This document shows, in pieces, positions 9,237 to 15,886 of a stretch of DNA of 64,000 nt. Made by a program: the position numbers and the translations under genes. Under the pieces are notes generated by a model, which ran no database searches, was not told where the DNA came from, and saw only the letters and a list, made by a program, of their open reading frames with translations. Every line of letters starts with the position of its first letter. Within the stretch, counting starts at the first letter, position 1. This DNA comes from a virus, in the IMG/VR virus record IMGVR_UViG_3300008738_000302; one strand, 5' to 3'.

Positions 9237-9507
9237 ATATTTCTTTCCCTTTAATATAATATTTTTCATATACACTTAAAATCTTTTCAGGAAGATTGTG
9301 TTTTAAGCAAGCATATAAAGTTAAAACAACAATTAACTTTTTTATATGAGGATTTGGTGGCAAAGACATTTCTACTGCCATAATTATACAGATTAGGATC
9401 ATCAATGTCCAACGTATTTGCTCTTTTAGTATGTGAAAATTCAATTTTTTTCCTTTTTTTTTAAATAAAATGTATTTTAGACTTTTATGTTTATATATAT
9501 ACATATA

Positions 9508-9934
9508 AAGTTTTTTGAAAATTTGAAATGGGAACGCATCAGCAGGCATGTTGATGTGGGGTTGACTGAATAACAGGTTGTGTTAAAGGCTTGTAATGTA
9601 TCCTAATCCCTCTTGTGGTAGAGGAGTATTCACCTAAATGTTGGTAATACTGAAAGACATTTCGTGCGGGAGTTTGAGTCAATATAATTAGAAAAAGAAG
9701 CCTACTTTTTCACTTCATTGGGAGTACCCGAAAGGAAATCTCCCTGTAAACTGACCGAATAAACTTTTCTTTGAGAGTTAAGGTAGTTGTTTAGAAGTTG
9801 TATTCGCCTCAACGGTGTTAATAGCATTGAGAGAGAATCGAAGTAACTTTCGGAAATAACGTGTGAAGCTATAAAATCAGAGTGATTCAATGCGAAATGG
9901 CATTTTCGCACCCCCAAAATTTCAAAACTTTTTT
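9508..9934 (+). ncRNA. Putative ~400-nt structured non-coding RNA, unclassified
   Basis: GC-enriched ORF-free island. Hairpins at 9536-9557 (GGCA loop), 9720-9744 (GAAA loop) and 9891-9910. Long-range helices 9561-9567/9677-9683 and 9587-9592/9698-9703. Terminal pairing 9522-9532/9913-9926 followed by a T run. Confidence 0.6.
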
Positions 9935-9936
9935 AC

Positions 9937-10074
9937 GAGGAAGCCTCTTTATTCTCACTTTTATTATTTTAAATTATACTATCGAATATATGCTTCCTCA
10001 AACTTTTAATATGAGGCTCGAAAATTTTTAGTTTCCACTTGAAATAAACAACTTAAAAATGAGGGCCTCATATT
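9937..10074. repeat. Nested inverted repeats with GAGG/CCTC cores
   Basis: GAGGAAGC 9937-9944 / GCTTCCTC 9992-9999; AATATGAGGC 10008-10017 / GCCTCATATT 10065-10074; palindrome ATGAGG-G-CCTCAT 10059-10071. Confidence 0.55.
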
Positions 10075-10109
10075 TTTTAAAAAAAAATGTATTTTTATGA
10101 AAAAACATT

Positions 10110-10118
10110 ATATTTATA
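10110..10118 (+). promoter_or_regulatory. ATATTTATA candidate phage late-promoter motif (one of several)
   Basis: The same motif sits in short intergenic gaps at 1712, 10886 (TATTTATA), 28572, 40644, 43360 and 55225, each 20-75 nt upstream of a + strand start. Confidence 0.55.
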
Positions 10119-10130
10119 AGTAATAAAGGT

Positions 10131-10157
10131 TTGATATCGCTCAATTGAGGATATCAA
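10131..10157 (+). promoter_or_regulatory. 5' UTR hairpin upstream of hsp20
   Basis: TTGATATC-G-CTC-AATT-GAG-GATATCAA. A second hairpin TGTTTGACTA-AA-TAGTAAACA follows just before the AGGAG RBS. Confidence 0.45.
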
Positions 10158-10193
10158 TGTTTGACTAAATAGTAAACAAAACAGGAGAAAACA

Positions 10194-10670
10194 ATGACTA
10201 AAATCGCATTTCGTACAAACATCCCTTACTTCGATAGGGATTCTTTTTTGACCCCGTTTGATAAAATATTCGATCAAATGGTTGAAACTCATTATCCAGA
10301 AATAACAAAATCCGTTGGTGTAAAACCATATGGTAATACTGCATATCCAAAAGTTAACGTATATGAATACGACGACAAAGTGGGTATTGTAGCAGAGATT
10401 CCTGGATTAAACAAGAAACAACTCAAAGTAGATGTTGAAGATGGAACTCTTACAATATCTGGAGATAAACACGGTTCTTTAATGAAAGATCAAGGTGCTA
10501 GAGTTATCCGTAAGGAATTAAAGCAATCTTCATTTAAAAGACAATTTGAATTGGGTGAGTTGTTAGATGGTGAGAACATTTCAGCCAATTTTAAGGATGG
10601 AATTTTATCTGTCTCAATTCCTAAGATGGAGCAGGAACAACCGAAGAAGACTACTGTAAAAATATCCTAA
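10194..10670 (+). CDS. hsp20: Small heat-shock protein (Hsp20/alpha-crystallin)
   Basis: PKVNVYE...AEIPGL.K..LKVDVEDGTLTISG...SFKRQF.L...ISANFKDGILSVSIPK. Confidence 0.92.
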   Translation: MTKIAFRTNIPYFDRDSFLTPFDKIFDQMVETHYPEITKSVGVKPYGNTAYPKVNVYEYDDKVGIVAEIPGLNKKQLKVDVEDGTLTISGDKHGSLMKDQGARVIRKELKQSSFKRQFELGELLDGENISANFKDGILSVSIPKMEQEQPKKTTVKIS

Positions 10671-10871
10671 ATGAAGGAAATGATACGCATCGGAGATGAT
10701 GTGTATGTTCTACTTGGAACTGTATCGGTAAGTTCTGGTTACACAATTGATGAACTAAAAAATATGTATTCACTTGCGGATACAGTTCTGAGAAAGAATG
10801 ATTTGTGGTATATTACCCATAAAACCATAGTTGCTGAATTTGAAGATATTATAGATAAAAAAGACAGTTAA
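10671..10871 (+). CDS. Hypothetical protein
   Basis: ORF abutting hsp20, plausible composition. Confidence 0.55.
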   Translation: MKEMIRIGDDVYVLLGTVSVSSGYTIDELKNMYSLADTVLRKNDLWYITHKTIVAEFEDIIDKKDS

Positions 10872-10928
10872 GTAAATATATATTCTATTTATAATTGTAT
10901 TAATAAACAGATATTAAAGGAGAATTTT

Positions 10929-11114
10929 GTGGATGATTTTTTTGATAAATTATTTCAAAAAATAGCAGAATTTCATGAAAGAGAAATTCATATGAGTCAA
11001 TCTTTAGCAGAGAATGATGAAGACATACCAATGTATGTTTTAGAGAAGGCAAGACAAGATTTTCATCTTAAAGAATATTTGTGGTTTAATAGAGATAAGA
11101 TACCTAGTGCATAA
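10929..11114 (+). CDS. Hypothetical protein
   Basis: GTG start with AAGGAG RBS. Confidence 0.55.
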   Translation: MDDFFDKLFQKIAEFHEREIHMSQSLAENDEDIPMYVLEKARQDFHLKEYLWFNRDKIPSA

Positions 11115-11131
11115 TAACATTAAGGAGTTAC

Positions 11132-11311
11132 ATGAAATATCAACGTACTGTAGAAGAAAGACTTGATCAATTATTACAAGTTATTGAAAGACTCATTGAA
11201 AGAGTAACAGATAATACTATTGATAGAGATGATCTTTCTAATCAATTAAGTAATTTACATGAAAGATTAGAACAAGTACATGGGTTAGTAGAATTGGAAG
11301 ATGAAGATTAG
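11132..11311 (+). CDS. Small acidic coiled-coil protein (59 aa), not in ORF track
   Basis: AAGGAG RBS; MKYQRTVEERLDQLLQVIERLIERVTD...LELEDED*-type helical sequence. Confidence 0.6.
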   Translation: MKYQRTVEERLDQLLQVIERLIERVTDNTIDRDDLSNQLSNLHERLEQVHGLVELEDED

Positions 11312-11326
11312 AGAACTAAATATTAT

Positions 11327-12160
11327 ATGCTTGAACGATTTAAAAACTTTAAATTATTAATCGGTATATCTGCTTTAACAGTAGCAGGGTCAGCAGCGTT
11401 CTTTTCAGTATTTGGTTTATCAAAGTTATTTTCAGGAGCACAAACTTCAGTAATTATAATGGCAGGTTCATTAGAGTTTACTAAACTTGTAGCCGCTTCA
11501 TTTTTATATCAGTATTGGTATAGAGCCAGTAAGATATTAAAAACTTATTTAGGTATAGGTGTAGTAGTATTAGTTCTTATAACATCAGCAGGTATCTTTG
11601 GATATCTATCAAATGCATATCAAGGTGCAACTATAAATTTTGAAAAACAATCAACAACATTATTATATAAAGAAGATAGATTAGAACAATTAGAAGATGA
11701 TAAAACTTATCTAAAAGAAGAGTTAGAACAATCTATTGCTTCTTTACCAGAAAATTATATTACAGCAAAAAGAAAACTTCGTGAAGATTATAATCCAAAA
11801 GTATTAGCAGTCAATGATGAGATATTAAAAATTAAACAAGAGATTGGTGATTTAAAAGTTGAATTAATAGAAACTGGGGTGGATGTGGGTCCCGCAATTT
11901 ATTTGGCAAGAGTATTTGGAACTGATGTAGATACAGTTGTAAAGTTCTTTATATTCATTTTAATTTTTGTATTCGATCCAATGGCATTAGCTATGGTATT
12001 AGCATGGAATACTGCACTTGGTAGAAGAAGTTTTGAAGTATATGAAGAGGGTGATAAAAAGGAAAAAGAAAAGGGTGATAAAAATAAAAAAGAAAGAAAA
12101 GTCCTAACAGGCCCCGAATTTGATGATAGACCACGAAAGGGAAGTGTAAAAATTGTATAA
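11327..12160 (+). CDS. Multi-TM membrane protein with coiled coil (DUF4407-like)
   Basis: Three N-terminal TM helices, a coiled coil, and a C-terminal TM (FFIFILIFVFDPMALAMVLAW). Confidence 0.6.
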   Translation: MLERFKNFKLLIGISALTVAGSAAFFSVFGLSKLFSGAQTSVIIMAGSLEFTKLVAASFLYQYWYRASKILKTYLGIGVVVLVLITSAGIFGYLSNAYQGATINFEKQSTTLLYKEDRLEQLEDDKTYLKEELEQSIASLPENYITAKRKLREDYNPKVLAVNDEILKIKQEIGDLKVELIETGVDVGPAIYLARVFGTDVDTVVKFFIFILIFVFDPMALAMVLAWNTALGRRSFEVYEEGDKKEKEKGDKNKKERKVLTGPEFDDRPRKGSVKIV

Positions 12161-12174
12161 TAAAAATTTCACAT

Positions 12175-12260
12175 ACCGCGGGGGTGATAACCGAAAACAG
12201 GCAGTTGACGCACCTGTAGAAAAATGCGTCTTACACTAAAAAAAAACGAGGAGACGTTTC
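12175..12260 (+). promoter_or_regulatory. Candidate cis-regulatory RNA switch (H-type pseudoknot vs anti-SD helix)
   Basis: S1 ACAGG 12197-12201/CCTGT 12213-12217; S2 GACGCA 12207-12212/TGCGTC 12225-12230; A-rich L3 AGAAAAA. The alternative helix GCGTCTT 12226-12232/GAGACGT 12251-12257 overlaps the GAGGAG RBS. Confidence 0.5.
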
Positions 12261-15053
12261 ATGAAAAACAAACGTAATCTAATCTCATTGGTAATAACAT
12301 TTCTAATGCCTATGTTCATTTATGGACAAAGTGTTAGTGGTACGGTTGCTGATGAGGCAGGGAATCCTTTGGCTGGAGCTAATGTAGTTGTACAAGGAAC
12401 TGATTTGGGTGCCGCTTCTTTGGAAGATGGTACTTATTCGATTAAAATCGGAGAAGGTTCACATACACTAATAGCTTCTGTTATCGGGTATGAATCATCT
12501 TCACAAACAGTAGATGTTAGTGGAGATATTAGTCTCGACTTTAGCTTAGCGGTTTCCGCAGTCGAGATGTCAGCATTGGAAGTTTTGGCTTCCCGTGCAG
12601 GCGAAAAAACACCTGTTGCTTATACTACGGTAGAAAAAGCAGATATGGAATTCCGTCTTGGTAGTCAAGACCTTCCAATGGCGCTTAATCTAACACCATC
12701 AGTATATGCTACGCAACAAGGTGGTGGTGCGGGTGATGCTCGTATCAATGTTCGAGGTTTTAATCAACGGAATGTAGCAGTAATGATTAATGGAGTACCA
12801 CAAAATGATATGGAAAACGGTTGGGTTTATTGGTCCAATTGGGATGGTGTAGCAGATGCTGCACATTCTATCCAGATGCAACGTGGTTTAAGTGCTGTTA
12901 ATTTAGCTACACCTTCCATTGGTGGAACTATGAACATAATTACAGACCCTACCTCTCACATAAAGGGTGGTAAGGTAAAACAAGAAGTTGGTGCTGGTGA
13001 TTTTCTTAAAACTACAGTAAACTATAATACTGGCTTGATAGGTGATAAATTTGCCTTGAGTGGTACAGTAGTACGTAAAACTGGTGGTGGAATCATTGAC
13101 AAAACGTGGACAGATGCTTGGGCATATTACTTTGGTGCAAGTTACGCACTAAATGCTGATAACCGATTTGAATTATACGCAATCGGTGCGCCACAGCGAC
13201 ACGCACACAATCTATATAAACAGAATATTGGTGCATATGATGCTGATTTTGCTGCAAGTATAGATGGATATGATACTGAAGCACTTGGTGAAGATGGTAA
13301 GTTCAAGGATGTTGGACGTACATTTAATCAAAATTGGTCTCCAGTAGACCCATCATATACAGGTAAACAATACTATTATATGTATGGTGCTAAAACAGTA
13401 GCAAGACACGATCCCAACTTTATTAACGAAAGAGAAAATTTCTTTCACAAGCCTTTAGTAAACCTAAATCATTTTCTAACTATTAATGACAAAACAATGT
13501 TAAGTTCAGTATTGTATTGGAGTGGTGGTTCAGGTGGTGGTACAGGTACTTATGGTAGGATTCCTACTATGGATGCTGATGGTAATCTTGGTGATGATGA
13601 CTATAAATTTTATTATGGTCGTTCTCCCTGGACACGTGATTGGAATGCTCTTATCGCTATGAATAGTGGTGATTCTGATACAGTTTATGTAGACAAAAGA
13701 GTAATCACACGCACACATGGTATTGATAATAATCAATCTGTAGGTATTTTGAGAAATAGCATTAATCGTCAGAATACATATGGCCTTATTTCTAAACTTA
13801 ATTATGATGTAAGTGATGAACTTCAATTACAATTAGGTATAGATTGGAGAACTGCTGGTATAGAACACGCACGTGAAGTACGTGATCTAATGGGTGGTGA
13901 TTATTATGTGGATTATGCTGATGATAATGTACCTGATGGTAAAAGAGTTGGATTAGGTGATATAATCGCTTATCATAACTCAACCACAGTTGATTGGTTA
14001 GGTGGATTCTTACAAGGAGCTTATGCTTCAGGTCCACTTTCAGCCTATGGTATGGTAGGATTATCACAGATTGGATATTCATATCAAGACCATTTTACTG
14101 TAGCCGATGAGAAGATTGTAGCAGATCCTATTTCCACTTTACAATGGAAAGGTGGGGCAATGTATGATGTTACTGATAACGTTTCAGTTTTTGGTAATTT
14201 TGGTATTGTTGAAAAGCCACCAATTATGGATAATGTAATCTATTATGATGGTACGGTTGCTTCAGATCCTGCAAATGAAAGATTTGTAAGTTCAGAAGCT
14301 GGTGCTCACTACGCGACGGATAAAGTAGCAGTTAAAGTGTCTGCATATAATACAGATTGGAAAGACAGAAACCTTACCAAATCTGTAACAAGCGGACAAG
14401 GTTCAAGCGGTGATACTGATGTGATTTTCCTTTCGGGGATAAATCAGAATCATAAAGGTGTTGAAGTTGAAGCTTCTACACAAGTACTTGATGTACTTAA
14501 CTTACAAGCTATAGTAAGTCTTGGTACTTGGAAGTTTGTAGGTGATGCAGCAGGTAACTATCAAGAAGATGAGTTTAACGAAGAAGGTCAAGTTATCGGA
14601 CAGACAACTACACCTTATTCTTACGCACTTGATGGTTTGTTTGTTGGTGATATGCCTCAAACATCTTACGCACTTGTTGGAACGCTTACACCAATTAAAG
14701 GTCTAAAAATGCAAGCAGTATACAAACAGTATGATAATAATTATGCTGATTGGAGTCCTGACGCTCGTGAGTATGATGGCTCAGATGCTGGTGCAGATAG
14801 AGAACAAGTATGGATGGCACCTGGATATTCCAGAGTTGACTTACATGCTTCATATGCTCTACCTTCAATTGGTGGTATGGATTTTACCGCATTTGCTCAT
14901 GTATTTAATGCAACAGATGCAACATACATTCAAGATGCAGTAGATCATAGTCAGTATAATAGCTACGGAGATAAAACTCACGCAGCACACAACGCTGAAG
15001 TTTTTCTTGGAACACCAAGATACTTTAACGCAGGAATTTCTGTAAATTTCTAA
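12261..15053 (+). CDS. TonB-dependent outer-membrane receptor with N-terminal carboxypeptidase-regulatory-like domain
   Basis: Signal peptide; VSGTVADEAGNPLAGANVVVQGT..G.Y.I; plug INVRGF...VMINGVP...IQMQRG...GGTMNIIT; beta-barrel repeats; C-terminal Phe (ISVNF). Confidence 0.92.
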   Translation: MKNKRNLISLVITFLMPMFIYGQSVSGTVADEAGNPLAGANVVVQGTDLGAASLEDGTYSIKIGEGSHTLIASVIGYESSSQTVDVSGDISLDFSLAVSAVEMSALEVLASRAGEKTPVAYTTVEKADMEFRLGSQDLPMALNLTPSVYATQQGGGAGDARINVRGFNQRNVAVMINGVPQNDMENGWVYWSNWDGVADAAHSIQMQRGLSAVNLATPSIGGTMNIITDPTSHIKGGKVKQEVGAGDFLKTTVNYNTGLIGDKFALSGTVVRKTGGGIIDKTWTDAWAYYFGASYALNADNRFELYAIGAPQRHAHNLYKQNIGAYDADFAASIDGYDTEALGEDGKFKDVGRTFNQNWSPVDPSYTGKQYYYMYGAKTVARHDPNFINERENFFHKPLVNLNHFLTINDKTMLSSVLYWSGGSGGGTGTYGRIPTMDADGNLGDDDYKFYYGRSPWTRDWNALIAMNSGDSDTVYVDKRVITRTHGIDNNQSVGILRNSINRQNTYGLISKLNYDVSDELQLQLGIDWRTAGIEHAREVRDLMGGDYYVDYADDNVPDGKRVGLGDIIAYHNSTTVDWLGGFLQGAYASGPLSAYGMVGLSQIGYSYQDHFTVADEKIVADPISTLQWKGGAMYDVTDNVSVFGNFGIVEKPPIMDNVIYYDGTVASDPANERFVSSEAGAHYATDKVAVKVSAYNTDWKDRNLTKSVTSGQGSSGDTDVIFLSGINQNHKGVEVEASTQVLDVLNLQAIVSLGTWKFVGDAAGNYQEDEFNEEGQVIGQTTTPYSYALDGLFVGDMPQTSYALVGTLTPIKGLKMQAVYKQYDNNYADWSPDAREYDGSDAGADREQVWMAPGYSRVDLHASYALPSIGGMDFTAFAHVFNATDATYIQDAVDHSQYNSYGDKTHAAHNAEVFLGTPRYFNAGISVNF

Positions 15054-15068
15054 AATAGTATAATATGT

Positions 15069-15097
15069 GGGGGCTGGGGAAACTGGCCCCCCTATTT
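15069..15097 (+). terminator. Intrinsic terminator after the TBDR gene
   Basis: GGGGGCTGG-GGAAA-CTGGCCCCC stem followed by CTATTT. Confidence 0.6.
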
Positions 15098-15100
15098 ACT

Positions 15101-15286
15101 ATGTTAAAACAGAAAGATATACCAAATAAAGATTTTGATTGTAATCCAAAAGGTGATTGTTGGTGTAGAAAAAAACCATTTCCACAATTACCATATTCAG
15201 GATCTATTACTTTTATAGGTGATGCACCCGACATATGTTATTCACCAAAAGAGCTAGAATTAATCATTAAAGAGCAAAAAAAATAA
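15101..15286 (+). CDS. Small Cys-rich protein (CWC-motif-like)
   Basis: DCNPKGDCWCRKKPF...CYSPKEL. ATG at 15101 chosen because the ORF-track start at 15065 translates the terminator. Confidence 0.45.
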   Translation: MLKQKDIPNKDFDCNPKGDCWCRKKPFPQLPYSGSITFIGDAPDICYSPKELELIIKEQKK

Positions 15287-15328
15287 TTAAAAAAAGGCTT
15301 GACTCGTATTGCATTTTATCCTTATGAT
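15281..15328 (+). promoter_or_regulatory. Sigma70-like early promoter, copy 1
   Basis: A-rich UP-like element, TTGACT (15299-15304), N18, TATGAT (15323-15328). Confidence 0.6.
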
Positions 15329-15346
15329 CAGGATGAAAGGGAAATT

Positions 15347-15706
15347 ATGAGAATATACGACAAATATGATGCAGTGAAAAAAGCGGCATCTTCTTTACGA
15401 TCAGAAATGAATCGTATTCTAAAACCCAAAGGGTTTAAATTAAACATAAAAACAAATGCAAATTATTACTATAAATATGAGTTAATTGCTACGATTTGTT
15501 CACCAAATTGGTTCGATGATTATACTGATCCTAATGACCGATGGTCAGTAACGCCTAAATTAGAAAGCCTCAGGGATTCCATTACAAAGCGTTTTATACA
15601 CATATTACACGATATAGTTAAGGATATGGATGAAATTACAGATTGGGTTGAAGAAGATGATGTTAGTGCTGATATTAGGTTTAGTTACAACGTAGGTAGT
15701 TGGTAA
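15347..15706 (+). CDS. Hypothetical early protein
   Basis: ATG 15347 with GAAAGGG upstream; in frame with the ORF-track TTG 15299, which is actually the -35 box. Confidence 0.55.
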   Translation: MRIYDKYDAVKKAASSLRSEMNRILKPKGFKLNIKTNANYYYKYELIATICSPNWFDDYTDPNDRWSVTPKLESLRDSITKRFIHILHDIVKDMDEITDWVEEDDVSADIRFSYNVGSW

Positions 15707-15825
15707 TGGCTGATTTAAGATTACTCAGAGATAATTTTATGGAGTTTTTTATAGGTATTATGAGTGTTTGTTTATTGAGTAGTTTAATACCATTAGTATT
15801 CTATATAATGAGACTTATTAAATGA
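15706..15825 (+). CDS. Small membrane peptide (39 aa)
   Basis: MADLRLLRDNFMEFFIGIMSVCLLSSLIPLVFYIMRLIK*; TAATG coupling to the previous gene. Confidence 0.4.
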   Translation: MADLRLLRDNFMEFFIGIMSVCLLSSLIPLVFYIMRLIK

Positions 15826-15828
15826 AAA

Positions 15829-15876
15829 AAATAATTAAAAAAAGGCTTGACTTGTATGGTCCTTTATCCTTATATT
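15829..15876 (+). promoter_or_regulatory. Sigma70-like early promoter, copy 2
   Basis: First 24 nt identical to copy 1; TTGACT (15847-15852), N18, TATATT (15871-15876). Confidence 0.6.
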
Positions 15877-15886
15877 TAGGTACAAA

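Noticed and set aside
9220-9549. Minus-strand ORF 9220-9549, also 9702-9917 and 10095-10292
   Set aside because: They translate promoter-like A/T runs or the structured RNA, lack an RBS and show no recognisable motifs.
9558-9916. tmRNA or RNase P identity for the ncRNA (starts GGGG, ends CCCCCA)
   Set aside because: No 7-bp acceptor stem or GTTCRA T-loop at the 3' end, and no RNase P GAGGAAAGUCC signature.
12175-12260. TPP or cobalamin riboswitch
   Set aside because: GGGGTG and ACCTG are present, but the TPP CTGAGA and the B12-box GGGAA...GCCCCCGC elements are missing.
15065-15100. ORF-track starts at 15065 and 15299
   Set aside because: These codons fall in a terminator hairpin and a -35 box respectively; downstream ATGs (15101, 15347) are more plausible.
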